From contig JAANOX010000096.1 in NCBI GenBank assembly GCA_020184695.1, positions 64,882-128,881 of the forward strand: a DNA stretch of 64,000 bases, given 5' to 3'. This DNA comes from Histomonas meleagridis 2922-C6/04-290x. Taxonomy: Eukaryota > Protista > Parabasalia. This document shows positions 1-11,221 of this stretch, piece after piece. Under the pieces are notes generated by a model. It saw only the letters and a program-made list of their open reading frames with translations, was not told the DNA's origin and did not search any database. Made by a program: the position numbers and the translations under genes. Within the stretch, counting starts at the first letter, position 1. Each line of letters starts with the position of its first letter.

Positions 1-3000
1 AATCGTAAGAAAGAATTAATAATTTCATTTATAAATTCATTCTTAAAAGAAGTTAAATCTTCATTTAATATACAAATTGGTATTTTTTATATATCATTAT
101 TACAAAACATTGAAGAAAAAGATTTTTATTCTAATGATTTAATGAACGGATTAATTTCATCCGAAATATTTTCTTATTCAAGAAATGTTTTTGTTGAAGA
201 AGAAAATGAATTTATACAATTAAATTATTTACGTAATTTAATATTTCAATTTTTATGTACTGAAGTTATAACATTTAAAGATTCATTAGATCAAATCTTT
301 ATTAATTCAAGTGATTATCCTTTTTTATTTACGGAACATATTGGTCGAGTTATGAACATTATAGCACCCGCTAATTTAATATTAATAATCAATGAAACAT
401 TTATTTCATTATTAAGTAAAAACCTTCATTTATTGGTTGTTAAATTAAAAGAACCAGGTAATAACATATATAGAGCTTGGTCGACATTAATAATATTTTG
501 TTTTAATATATTAAATAATTATCAAATCGCAAATTTATGTTTTAAATCATTTGAATTCACAAATATATATTTGAAACATTTGTTTCATCCATATTTAAAA
601 CAAAATATTTCAGATACATTAAAACAATATTTAACTCATCAACATGAAACAAATGATTTTGTCTTAAACTCAATAGCTCAATTTTGTTATGGAGTATTTA
701 GTCATGCAATTTATAAATCAGATGAATATCATGAATTAGCTATTGAGTTATTAAGTTATCTTGAAGATTCAATGAAACATAATCAAGAAATTGTTAAATA
801 TTTATCTATTTTAGCACCAACAATTTTATCATTTTTTTTACATTATCCTTCAGTCGAATTACTTAAATATACATTAGATTTCCATTTAAATGTATCGTTT
901 AATTGTGATGAATTTAAATTCTCAAGTGATGAAATGGTTAAATTAGGTAATACTATTAAAACAATGGAATCAAATGGTTTATCAAAAACTACTTTCGATA
1001 CTTTATTATCTTTATTAGCAGGTACTAAAGTTTCTTCATTAAATTCAACTTTTGTAATACGAAATTCTTCATATATATTATTAATATTAATATCTGCTTC
1101 TGATGATATATTACCAATCATTAAATTTTTTTGGGATTTATGTAAATATTCTGTTTATAATTGTATACAATGTAATAAAGGTGAACTTGATTTATTTTTA
1201 ATTGAATTATTATTAAAGTTTCCAAAAGATTTTAAGTTTATGGATTGTAATTTTAAATCGAATTTAACAGTAGAACAAATTAATAATATTATAATTCCTT
1301 TATTATCATTAATATTTACTTATCAATGTTCACCACAATCAGCAGAACGATTTATTAAATTAGCTATACCTAGAAAATCAGAAAACGAAGAAATTTCAAA
1401 TGAAAATAAGAAAAATTTATTCCAAAAATTATTATATGAAAATAAAGTTATTTTCCCAATATTTTCTAATACGATTATTGATCAAATTATTCGAGCATTA
1501 ACTGATAAAAATCAATTAAGTTATGTATATACTAAAAACTCACAACCATTAATATTTAAAAATGTTAAAATCGATAATATCGAAAATGGATTTACATTTT
1601 GTTGTTATATAATGTTAGATAAAGCATTAACACAAAATGCTAATAATGATAAACCATTAATTTTTGAAATTGTTGATCAAAATGGTAAAACGATTTCATT
1701 ATATACGAATGGATTATCATTATTATGTGAATTATGTTCATATGAAGGTACTACATCTATATCATTATCATCTACAATGCCTTCATGTGAATGGTTAATG
1801 ATTACATTATCATTTAATTATAAGCCGAACATATTAGAAATATTATTTTCATTTAATAATGATCAATTTTTAACATTTAAAGTAAAGAATCCTGAATTAA
1901 CTGGACCTTTATATACTGTACAAATCGGAGGATTCTTTAGAGATGTTTTACCTAATGGTAATATTTATTGTTTCTTAGGTTCGTTTTATTTATATCCAAT
2001 AACTTTCGATGAAACAATGGTTAATAATTTATATTCTTGTGGCGATAAAATATTTAATGATTTAATTAATTTGATTAAATATGATAAATGTTCATGTCAA
2101 AATTATATCAAAACTTTCCCTTATGTATTTAATGAATATCATTTAATTGATTCGATTTTGCCATTTTTTTCTTTTGCTAATTATGCGCCTGAGTTTTTCA
2201 TTGATCGAATTATCGATTTATTTAGTTATATAGATAATGTTCAATGTGAGAAATATTATAAAATTATTTCACAATATATGTTACAATTTAATTCATCGAT
2301 TTTAAATTATTCGATTTATTTACGATTTTTTAAGTTGTTTGCTGAGAATAATTCATTGATTTTGTTTAAATATATTTTGTTTAATTTCGAAATTTGGTGT
2401 AATTCACCAAATTTTAAATCTATTGTTTCACATTATAATCAAGTTTTATTACCTAATTTCCCAAATATTTTTATGTCGGAAACTTCATTTTCCGAAATAT
2501 TTAATCAAATTCGAATATATTTATGGTTTACTGATATTGAAAATGAATATATATGTACGAAACGATTTAAAGATATTGATATTGAATCAATTCGTGAAAT
2601 AATAAATCGATTTTTAGTACAATTTGCGACATTAACTTTAACAAAGAATGATATTAATAATTTATTATCACATATATATACACTTCGAGATATAAAACAA
2701 AAAATTTCATTATTAAATTTATTATTAAATATAATACCATTAATAAATGATAAAAAAGAAGTTCTTGAAATCATTTTCCCAATGTTAACTAATTCACGTT
2801 GTGATATCTTTTCATTATTATTAGAAATCATTTTAAGATTATCAGAAGATAATTTATCGAAAATTATCGAATATATATTTCCTATAATGAATGAGTTATA
2901 TTATACTATACCTATCTTAAAAGCTCTTTTAAATATTTCGAATGAATTTCCCGAAGTTATTCCAATTTGTTGTTTAATTTCAGTGAATTTAACATTTAAA

Positions 3001-5919
3001 GAACAGAAAAAAACATTAAAACAATTTAAAGTCATAATAAAAAATAATGAAAATTGTAAAAGAATATCGAAAATATTAACTTGGTATATATGGCCAATAG
3101 TATTAACATTAAAATTAAAAGATGATTTACAAAACGAAATGATAAATATAATATTCCAAATAATGATACAAAGAACGGAATTAATTGATGATATTTTAGC
3201 ATTTTTAGATTTGTTTTATATTCATTATCATATAAATGTATCATTAATCCAATTTAAATTAATTGAGAAAATTATGGAACATATCTCATTAAAACCAAAT
3301 AATGAAAAAGTTATTTCGTATATGTTTTATAGATGTGCAAGATATCTTTTATTTAATTATAATGTTAAAACTCATTCAAATGAATTAATGAATTTATATA
3401 TAAATTCTGTTTTTTATGATCAAGATAATTCATTTGAAATATTTAATAATGAATTAAATATATCATCGATAATAGAAATTGAAGAAATGATAAATAAACC
3501 TATAAAAAATACTTTAATATTTCGATATGAAGTTGATTATAAAACTTTAAATGTTATGCAAATTATTACAAATTATATTATTGAGTTAGAAAAATATGTT
3601 GTTAATGAAGATCAAACTATAAAAAACTTATTTTTGTATTTAAAATATATTAATAATCGTCAAAGTTATGATAATATTAAACGATATACTGAATTAAATA
3701 AGATTTCACGATTAATCTTTAATTATATTCAAGTGATGAAAATCTCATTTAAATCATTTATAATAAATTTCACAAACAATTTCAAGAAAATCCTTATTAC
3801 ACATAATAATAAATCACAAGAATTATTATCAAATGTTAAAGATGAAATTATACAAATATCATTAAAATCAATTTCAACATATATCCAACAAATTATAAAT
3901 AATTCTACTAATCAAGCAAATTATTATTTACATTTTTCTTATCAAAATATGAACAATTATTCAATCTGGAAAAACTTTTCACAACCAAATCCATTATTTA
4001 TTAAGAAGTTTGGTATGAATGGAAACTTTTATTCCACATTACTAAAGCCAAAACTTTCCATTTCATCAATAGAAATCGAACAAAATAATACAAATATAAA
4101 TCCAATATATACATCACAAGGAACTTTAATTAAATTATATTCTCATATCGAATGTACATTTATATTATTACAATTAAAACTTTTAATAATTTCACAAAAT
4201 AAAAAACGTGAAATATCAATTGATGATATTAAATATATATTATATAAAAACTCAAATTGTTTCGAAATATGTTTAAATTCAGGTAAAAGTTATTTAATAC
4301 ATTTCCATAAAGATCAACCGAATCGTATCTTAAAAGCATTTAATAATATACATTATAATACAAATCAAATTCCATTAATACAAAATTTAATATTTTCTTC
4401 TTTTATTAATCAATTAAATATTACAAATGATTGGATCGAAGGGAAATTAAGTAACTTCGAATATATCTCAAAATTAAACTTCTTCGGTGGTAAAAGTATT
4501 TGTTCGATTAAGAATTATCCGATTTTCCCATTTTTGGAATTAAAAGATCATAAAATACGTGACTTTAATAAAATCGATATTGGATATAATATCAATCCAA
4601 AGATTTGGCTTGAAATGTTTGGCGATATTATACCATTAGGAAAAGAAAATAATATAATTCCAAATAATAATAATAATTATCATTTACAATCAAATGATTT
4701 AAGTCAATTAGATTCAGAATTTACTGATTCGATAATTGATGAAAATAATGATGAAATTGTTACTGCGGAATATTTCCAATCTATAATTGACTTAAATCAT
4801 TATGAACTTACTTATGAATTCTTTTCTTCGCCTGAATGTTTTTCTTCAATTAACTTCGTAAATACAAATAAATTTAAATTCGTGTATAACAATCGAAAAT
4901 TATTGGAAAGTAAAGAAGTAACTGAAAATATTAACATTTGGATAGATAACATTTTCGGCTTTAAGAAAATGGGTAAAAATCAATTGTTTAATCATCCACA
5001 TCCACAAAAAATTTTGGAACAACGAAAAAAAGAAAATATTATTCGACATTTCTCTTTAACAACTATTAACGTTTTAAATGGTGAAATTTGCTCATTCTTT
5101 GATGATAAAATTATTGTTAAAATAGTCTCTAATGAAAGTGAATATTTAGTAATTGCTATTGATTTAGAAAACCCAAATAATTATGAAACAAAACTTAAAA
5201 CTAAAATTCCTTTCTCAGAAAAAACGGTCGTCGATTTTGATCGTACTGCTGTACTTTTGGCTGAAACCGACAACGCTGAAATAACTGTTGTAAAGGACAA
5301 CGGTTATACATTCACACAAAAAGTTTCGCATTCAATAGACTTCTGCGGTTATCGTAACGTGTTCGGGGCAGCCCACGGTACGGTTTTTTCTACTGAAATC
5401 AAAAATAATTCTTGTGAATTATTCGGATTTTGTAAGGTATCTCCAGAAATAGCTTTATGTGCTTATTCAAGTTATAGATTTAATATAACAGTAGTTGGAA
5501 TACAAAGTAATAAGATTTTAATTTTCGATAGATTGAAAGGTTTATTTATCCGCGAAATTGACGGTTTAAAGGGTGCCCCAAAGCACGTTATAATTACACC
5601 AATTTTTGGTTTCATAGTTGTACATACAATTAAAATGTTAAGTGTGTATAGTATTAATGGAGAATTAATATGTCAACATGATATAGATTTTGATATTTCT
5701 TGTTGGTCTGCATTTAGATCAGCAGATGCATTTGATTATGTTTTAATTGCTGATACTATTGGAAGAGTTTTCGTTTGTGAGGCGTTCAATTTGGATACAT
5801 CATTAAGAATTTTATATCAACATAGAAGTAGTGTGATTTCGATGAAAATTAATAATACATGGGATGAAATTGCAATATTAACACAAGAAGGAAAAGGAAC
5901 TATTCTTCCTTTTGATTAA
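1..5919 (+). CDS. Large Beige/BEACH-domain-type protein (ARM-like N-terminus, ConA-like region, PH, shortened BEACH, WD40-like C-terminus); 5'-partial
   Basis: 1925-aa ORF from 142. Frame 1 is also open from base 1 (NRKKELIISF...), so the start lies outside the window. BEACH-like motifs WIEGKLSNFEYISKLNFFGGKS..NYPIFP, ELTYEFFSSPE, INIWIDNIFG; C-terminal ITPIFGFIVV / FRSADAFDYVLI typical of trichomonad BEACH proteins. Confidence 0.85.
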   Translation, partial: NRKKELIISFINSFLKEVKSSFNIQIGIFYISLLQNIEEKDFYSNDLMNGLISSEIFSYSRNVFVEEENEFIQLNYLRNLIFQFLCTEVITFKDSLDQIFINSSDYPFLFTEHIGRVMNIIAPANLILIINETFISLLSKNLHLLVVKLKEPGNNIYRAWSTLIIFCFNILNNYQIANLCFKSFEFTNIYLKHLFHPYLKQNISDTLKQYLTHQHETNDFVLNSIAQFCYGVFSHAIYKSDEYHELAIELLSYLEDSMKHNQEIVKYLSILAPTILSFFLHYPSVELLKYTLDFHLNVSFNCDEFKFSSDEMVKLGNTIKTMESNGLSKTTFDTLLSLLAGTKVSSLNSTFVIRNSSYILLILISASDDILPIIKFFWDLCKYSVYNCIQCNKGELDLFLIELLLKFPKDFKFMDCNFKSNLTVEQINNIIIPLLSLIFTYQCSPQSAERFIKLAIPRKSENEEISNENKKNLFQKLLYENKVIFPIFSNTIIDQIIRALTDKNQLSYVYTKNSQPLIFKNVKIDNIENGFTFCCYIMLDKALTQNANNDKPLIFEIVDQNGKTISLYTNGLSLLCELCSYEGTTSISLSSTMPSCEWLMITLSFNYKPNILEILFSFNNDQFLTFKVKNPELTGPLYTVQIGGFFRDVLPNGNIYCFLGSFYLYPITFDETMVNNLYSCGDKIFNDLINLIKYDKCSCQNYIKTFPYVFNEYHLIDSILPFFSFANYAPEFFIDRIIDLFSYIDNVQCEKYYKIISQYMLQFNSSILNYSIYLRFFKLFAENNSLILFKYILFNFEIWCNSPNFKSIVSHYNQVLLPNFPNIFMSETSFSEIFNQIRIYLWFTDIENEYICTKRFKDIDIESIREIINRFLVQFATLTLTKNDINNLLSHIYTLRDIKQKISLLNLLLNIIPLINDKKEVLEIIFPMLTNSRCDIFSLLLEIILRLSEDNLSKIIEYIFPIMNELYYTIPILKALLNISNEFPEVIPICCLISVNLTFKEQKKTLKQFKVIIKNNENCKRISKILTWYIWPIVLTLKLKDDLQNEMINIIFQIMIQRTELIDDILAFLDLFYIHYHINVSLIQFKLIEKIMEHISLKPNNEKVISYMFYRCARYLLFNYNVKTHSNELMNLYINSVFYDQDNSFEIFNNELNISSIIEIEEMINKPIKNTLIFRYEVDYKTLNVMQIITNYIIELEKYVVNEDQTIKNLFLYLKYINNRQSYDNIKRYTELNKISRLIFNYIQVMKISFKSFIINFTNNFKKILITHNNKSQELLSNVKDEIIQISLKSISTYIQQIINNSTNQANYYLHFSYQNMNNYSIWKNFSQPNPLFIKKFGMNGNFYSTLLKPKLSISSIEIEQNNTNINPIYTSQGTLIKLYSHIECTFILLQLKLLIISQNKKREISIDDIKYILYKNSNCFEICLNSGKSYLIHFHKDQPNRILKAFNNIHYNTNQIPLIQNLIFSSFINQLNITNDWIEGKLSNFEYISKLNFFGGKSICSIKNYPIFPFLELKDHKIRDFNKIDIGYNINPKIWLEMFGDIIPLGKENNIIPNNNNNYHLQSNDLSQLDSEFTDSIIDENNDEIVTAEYFQSIIDLNHYELTYEFFSSPECFSSINFVNTNKFKFVYNNRKLLESKEVTENINIWIDNIFGFKKMGKNQLFNHPHPQKILEQRKKENIIRHFSLTTINVLNGEICSFFDDKIIVKIVSNESEYLVIAIDLENPNNYETKLKTKIPFSEKTVVDFDRTAVLLAETDNAEITVVKDNGYTFTQKVSHSIDFCGYRNVFGAAHGTVFSTEIKNNSCELFGFCKVSPEIALCAYSSYRFNITVVGIQSNKILIFDRLKGLFIREIDGLKGAPKHVIITPIFGFIVVHTIKMLSVYSINGELICQHDIDFDISCWSAFRSADAFDYVLIADTIGRVFVCEAFNLDTSLRILYQHRSSVISMKINNTWDEIAILTQEGKGTILPFD

Positions 5920-6032
5920 AAATTGTATAATATACTATTTTAAGTTTTAAAGTTTGTGAATTGTACTTTAAAAATTCCAATCAAACAATATAAAGATAAT
6001 TACATTTTATAAAATTGATTTCTATTTCTGTG

Positions 6033-7292
6033 TTAATTAGCTTTTGGTCCTATTACAATCTTTGGAGGACCATTTCGTATAATGGATCGTTGTTTTTGGC
6101 GTAACTCAGGAGATGGAAGTTGATTTGCCATTGAACGAACTCTTGCTCTATGAACTTTTCTTTTCTTTTGTGCTCTACTTATCCTTCTTAGCATCTTTCG
6201 GAAGCCTATTGCTGGTTCAGATATATTTTTTTCAAGTATTATATTTACATCACTTGTCATATCCCTACCAAAGAACTCATCTATTTTCCTCAAGCTCACA
6301 AATGAGTTTTGGTAAATAGAAACAGATTCAAGAGGGATTGTTGCATCACTTAAAAACGGATGATGAAGTGCTTGCGTGGCCGATAGCCTATTTCTGTAGT
6401 TTACACACATCAAACCTGTGATGAAATCAGCGCAAAGAGGAGTTATAAAACTAGGAATCTTATAATCGCCTTGCCTGATTTGTTCGAAAAGCTGGGTCTG
6501 TTTACGTTTTGTCCATGGAAGTTCTCCTGTTATCATTGTATAAAATATAACTCCAACGCTCCAACAATCACTGGCTTTTCCATCGTAAGGATTACCACTA
6601 ATACATTCAGGAGATGCATAACATGGAGAACCACATGGCGTAAATCCGAGACCATCTTTGGTGAGAAAACGAGATAATCCAAAATCTGATATTTTTGTGT
6701 GACCAAGATGGTCAAGAAGAAGGTTTTCTGGCTTTAAATCACGATGTGCAACATTCATACTGTGTATGTACTCAACAGCACTAAGTACTTGTTTGATTAT
6801 TGGTTTGGCTTGTTGTTCGGATAAACGTTTGTTGTCAACTATGTGCTGAAAAATTTCACCGCCTGGACAGAATTCAAGAAATACATAATAAAAATATTCA
6901 TCCTTAAGAATATCAACAAGTTCAACTATTCCTGGGTGATGAAGTTGTTGATGTACGCGTATTTCTGACTCGAAGCGAGATTCTAAATCGTTTTCTTTCA
7001 ACCGAAGACGTTCAATAATCTTGCATGCATGATATTTATTTGTATTTCGATTATAAGATAACTTTACAATTGAAAATGCTCCTTCTCCAACTGTACCACG
7101 AATTTCGTATGGACCTATTTCATTTGGAATAAGATGAAATGTAGTAAATTCTTCTGATTTCTCATTTCCAGATGAATTTTCTGACCCATATTTAATTTGA
7201 GAGTCTGAGTGATAACGTGTAATTTTCGATGCTGTTTCAAGAGCCTCAGTTGTTGCTGTTAGCTTTGGATCAGCATCCAAAGCAGAAGTCAT
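6033..7292 (-). CDS. CAMK-group Ser/Thr protein kinase
   Basis: GEGAFSIV, ACK, HRDLKPEN, DFG and TPCGSPCYASPE motifs all intact; 419 aa. Confidence 0.95.
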   Translation of the reverse strand: MTSALDADPKLTATTEALETASKITRYHSDSQIKYGSENSSGNEKSEEFTTFHLIPNEIGPYEIRGTVGEGAFSIVKLSYNRNTNKYHACKIIERLRLKENDLESRFESEIRVHQQLHHPGIVELVDILKDEYFYYVFLEFCPGGEIFQHIVDNKRLSEQQAKPIIKQVLSAVEYIHSMNVAHRDLKPENLLLDHLGHTKISDFGLSRFLTKDGLGFTPCGSPCYASPECISGNPYDGKASDCWSVGVIFYTMITGELPWTKRKQTQLFEQIRQGDYKIPSFITPLCADFITGLMCVNYRNRLSATQALHHPFLSDATIPLESVSIYQNSFVSLRKIDEFFGRDMTSDVNIILEKNISEPAIGFRKMLRRISRAQKKRKVHRARVRSMANQLPSPELRQKQRSIIRNGPPKIVIGPKAN

Positions 7293-7445
7293 TAGATTAC
7301 AAAAGTGTTATCGGTACTTTATCACACTTAATTATAACTTTTTGACGTAATTGAAATTTGAATTGGATTCCAACCGATATTTGCCAATTCAAATTTCAAT
7401 GGTGAGCTTTTTCCATTGGTGGTTATTTGATTGATTTACATATAA

Positions 7446-7903
7446 ATGAGAGAACGTTTATTGTGGCGTTACTTATCAGTTGCCAGAAAAACTGATTTAT
7501 CGGCGGATACTTTCAGAAGGAACACTCAATTTCAGACGAACCTAAGTCAATTTTGTGTTAAATGGCGCCAAAAAATCGATATTGTTTTGATTCACAAATT
7601 TGAGGAAATCGTTTTCATTGTCAAACATGTTAACATTAAAGATATATATTTGTTTAATTTAATATTTATTTTGTTGGTTTCTAATTTCAAAATAATATTT
7701 GGAATTTATTAATTTAACAAAAAACACCGCTTATGTTAGCAAAATCAAGTGGTAAAACTGAAATTGTTAAGCTGATTCTCGAAAAAGAAGGAATAAATTC
7801 GAACCAACAAACTGAAAGTAAAATAAATGAATTTGGTCTACCTTCGAATGAACCACCAAATGCCAAAAAGTCATATAGCTTTGGATTACCTTCTAATAAG
7901 TAA
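7446..7903 (+). CDS. Small ankyrin-motif protein interrupted by one 77-nt spacer (four 17-nt units); 129 aa after removal
   Basis: GAT 7641-43 | unit 7644-60 | AAT | unit 7664-80 | CTA | unit 7684-7700 | GGA | unit 7704-20 | AAA ACA CCG CTT gives KD-N-L-G-KTPLMLAKSSGKTEIVKLILEKEG, open to TAA 7901-03. The N-terminal part and start codon are uncertain. Confidence 0.6.
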
Positions 7904-8016
7904 AAATAAAAATATAATAAAAATTGTTGTTAGCAGTATAACTTTAAGAAGTATAAATCTAATAAAAATATTAGAACAAAGATTTTTATTAACAATGAGT
8001 ATTATTCTAATATATA

Positions 8017-9300
8017 TTATTTCATGTATATTAAATGTCCGCATTCATTAAATATCGATGATTTGTACTTTTTGTTTTTCTTTATATGACAAGCAAAGTT
8101 AATCCAATTACCCAAAAAAGAACTCGGCTGTATGTCTACAAATCTCTGATGATTTTTATTAGTATAAATCACTTCAGAAAATCCATTTCCTTTATAAGTC
8201 AAATTTAGCGATTTCTCTATTATTTCAACTGCTTCATTTTCTTTTCCGTTATATATAAATTGACGGAGTTTAGTCGCATCAAAAGAAACCGATTTTTCCA
8301 GTGAAAAAGTGGGATTTTCGTCGATTAGACAAGAAAATTTAGAAGAGTTATAGCACAATAAGGAATCAACTGATGCCATCAAACGTATGTTTTTGATACA
8401 GTACTTGCTTTCAATAATATTAGAAATTCTATCGTAAATCAATTTCTCAGGAAATATAGAATATGCACGAATAAATAGGGTATTAATATCAGATTGTTCA
8501 TCACGACTCCTTTTAAGTGATGTTGAGTTGGTTCCATTTGTTGAAAAATAAAACATGAAATCATTATTTGGGAGTTTTGCCATAAGGTTTTGAATATATT
8601 TAATGTATTTATTATTGTTTGTTAGCTTGTAGAGAGAAATCAGTTCTGGGATTCCTGAAACCATATCTAATAGCGAGGTACCACCTTCCCAATCTCTTCC
8701 AAAACCTTTTCGACCTGTAAAGGATAAAATTGGTTTTGGAAGATAAGAAGATGTATCTAATTCAATAATAGAATTTACACATTTTTCAGCAATTTTGATA
8801 AAATCAACATCTCCTGAAAGTTGATAAATTGCAAGTAAGGCTGCAATACCTCTCTCAAATAGGTCTTTTCGGTTGATTGGATTTTTAAACGTTGAGCATT
8901 TAAAATTCTTTTTTAAAAAGTCTTTTGCAAATAAGTAATTATGTGATAAATTTAACATAAACATTGGTTCTAGAGATTCAACAATTGACAAGTGAAATCC
9001 ATAGTTCCTTGAACAGCTATTTGAAAGTGGACGAAATTCATCAAAATCTAAACATTCTGATACATAAGAATTAAACGCTACATTAGCTGCATTTTGAATT
9101 TTATCAGCATATGTTTCTTTGTTGACAAAAATTGTTTCTTTTTTTGATTTTTCAGAATCTGAAAAAGAATCCAATGGTAATGGATTTGGTAAGTGAGCAA
9201 GTAAAAAAAATTGTGTTAATGTTAGAAAAAATAATATGGTAAATCCCAGTAAATATGATCCTGGTAAAACAAACCTTTGGACAGGGCTGTTTGTCTTCAT
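8017..9300 (-). CDS. Glycoside hydrolase family 47 (alpha-1,2-mannosidase-like), divergent, type II membrane anchor
   Basis: N-terminal hydrophobic anchor; AFNSYV...FDEFRPLS, SIVESLEPMFMLNL, FERGIAALLAIYQLSGD and C-terminal FNECGHL resemble GH47 motifs. Confidence 0.8.
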   Translation of the reverse strand: MKTNSPVQRFVLPGSYLLGFTILFFLTLTQFFLLAHLPNPLPLDSFSDSEKSKKETIFVNKETYADKIQNAANVAFNSYVSECLDFDEFRPLSNSCSRNYGFHLSIVESLEPMFMLNLSHNYLFAKDFLKKNFKCSTFKNPINRKDLFERGIAALLAIYQLSGDVDFIKIAEKCVNSIIELDTSSYLPKPILSFTGRKGFGRDWEGGTSLLDMVSGIPELISLYKLTNNNKYIKYIQNLMAKLPNNDFMFYFSTNGTNSTSLKRSRDEQSDINTLFIRAYSIFPEKLIYDRISNIIESKYCIKNIRLMASVDSLLCYNSSKFSCLIDENPTFSLEKSVSFDATKLRQFIYNGKENEAVEIIEKSLNLTYKGNGFSEVIYTNKNHQRFVDIQPSSFLGNWINFACHIKKNKKYKSSIFNECGHLIYMK

Positions 9301-9363
9301 TTAGCCCTTGACGATCGCTATCGACTTTTTCATAAAAAAACGATATTATTTAATTCAATTTAC

Positions 9364-10011
9364 TCAACACGAACATTTTCTTTTTTTTTCTATATTTAAA
9401 TTTAATTTAACTGGATCCTGGTTATTTTCACCTTTTTCATAATTCTGTCGGATTGCTTGAATGATATCTTTTGAAACTTCAACAAATAATTTTTCTACAG
9501 ATTCAAATCGTGTTGCAGTAGTTGAGAAAAATCTAATTTTTTTGTCTTTCGCCCAAGATTCTGCATCATCAATTGAAACTTTAGCTTCCAAATCATTTTT
9601 ATTTCCGACAAGATATATAAGACACCCTCCATTTATATTTTCGCGAAGGGAAGTATACCATTGATCTAATCCATTAAAACTTTCTGGTTCGTTAAAATCA
9701 AAAACAAGAACTGCAGCAGATGCTCCTCTTGAATACATTGGAATTAAGCTTCTATATCTTTCTTGACCAGCTGTGTCCCACAAATGTAGACAAAGAACAT
9801 ATCCATCAATGTTTATGTCTTTTGTTGTATAATATGAACCAATTGTAGGTATGGAATCCTGACCAAAAACATGGCTTACGTATTGTGTGATAATACTTGT
9901 TTTGCCTACTTGAGAATCCCCAAGTAAAACAACTTTGGCTTCAGTGGGGATTCTACCAAGCGTGTTATTCGCCATTGAAGCAATTTCCAATAACGGTTTT
10001 TTATAAACCAT
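9364..10011 (-). CDS. Rab-family small GTPase
   Basis: GDSQVGKTS, PTIG, WDTAGQERYRSLIPMYSRGA, NKND, C-terminal CSC prenylation motif. Confidence 0.95.
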   Translation of the reverse strand: MVYKKPLLEIASMANNTLGRIPTEAKVVLLGDSQVGKTSIITQYVSHVFGQDSIPTIGSYYTTKDINIDGYVLCLHLWDTAGQERYRSLIPMYSRGASAAVLVFDFNEPESFNGLDQWYTSLRENINGGCLIYLVGNKNDLEAKVSIDDAESWAKDKKIRFFSTTATRFESVEKLFVEVSKDIIQAIRQNYEKGENNQDPVKLNLNIEKKRKCSC

Positions 10012-10364
10012 TGAAAAAAGAACTTTTTGTGTTAGAAAAATTTTTCAACGAGAAGCAAAATTAAAAACTTATTGGATTCTATCACAACAATATCTTTTAT
10101 CAAATATACAACAAGCACGCCAATAACATTTCCCAAAACAATCATGTCTCCTCAAGATCATTATTTTCATAATGAACTTATTTCTTCTAAATTTCCCTAA
10201 AGTTATTTGCATTACCGAAAATGAACATATTCATAATGTTTTATCATTGTAAAAAAATAGTTGTGCTTTTAGCATTAAAAATATGTGCATTTTCAATGGT
10301 TTTCTCTGAGTTTTTTCTTTTTTTATATTGAGTTCAATCGAAAAACTTTAAATTTAAAACTTCT

Positions 10365-10370
10365 TCATTT
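10365..10370 (+). promoter_or_regulatory. Trichomonad initiator (Inr)-like TCATTT
   Basis: Lies 4-9 nt upstream of ATG 10374. Confidence 0.5.
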
Positions 10371-10373
10371 TCA

Positions 10374-10664
10374 ATGTTAATCATCTTTATTTTTAGTCTC
10401 CTCCTACACAAAAGTCAAGCACCAAAGGTAGAGTTACTTGATAAAGAAGAAGTTATAGTTACAAATATCATTCCAGAAGGAATTAAGACGCCTGAAGGAT
10501 TTGCACATGGATTTATTGGTGCTATTTGCATTAGTTCTATATTTGGAATTGTTGCACTGATAATAGGGCTGGTTTCCACATGTTTCTGTGTGAAACCTCT
10601 TGTGCTAACTCACAAGAGAATTGAAGAATTTGATCAGGATGATTTTGATGAGATGTCTGAATAA
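10374..10664 (+). CDS. Small single-pass membrane protein
   Basis: 96 aa: signal-like N-terminus, one long hydrophobic segment, acidic tail; Inr upstream. Confidence 0.7.
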   Translation: MLIIFIFSLLLHKSQAPKVELLDKEEVIVTNIIPEGIKTPEGFAHGFIGAICISSIFGIVALIIGLVSTCFCVKPLVLTHKRIEEFDQDDFDEMSE

Positions 10665-11221
10665 AATGCCATAATTAAAAATTTAAAATTGCTTCTTTTT
10701 AAAATGAACTAATTCTTGTGTACAAAATAAAAAGAATTTTTTTTTACATAAGAATTAAACAAATTATAATGTTTCTGCCCTAAGAAATTAAGTATTCTAT
10801 TGATAAATTTAAATGGAATATTTTTTATAATGTTAATATGAAGCAGCTTTTAATTTCATATTGCTTAACAATAATTGGAATAAAAAATATCTATTATTGT
10901 TCAAACAATATCTTCACGTTCATGAAACTAATACCAACAATTTATATTATGAAAATTAATATTAATTAAAATCATATCAACACCTTCATACTAATTACTT
11001 TCAATATTTCACAAGTGGAAACACTTTATTTTACAAGATCTTTTCATGAATAAAAGTTCTACATTGCTGCTTGCTCAACAATTATCAACGCTTTGATTCA
11101 TCAAACATTTTGTTTCCGTTTTCTACAATTTGTAACTATTTACAAAATACAAAAAAGTATAAATAATCCTTTAATAATTATTATCAAAGAGAAACAACAA
11201 CAATAACAACACAATGCGCAT

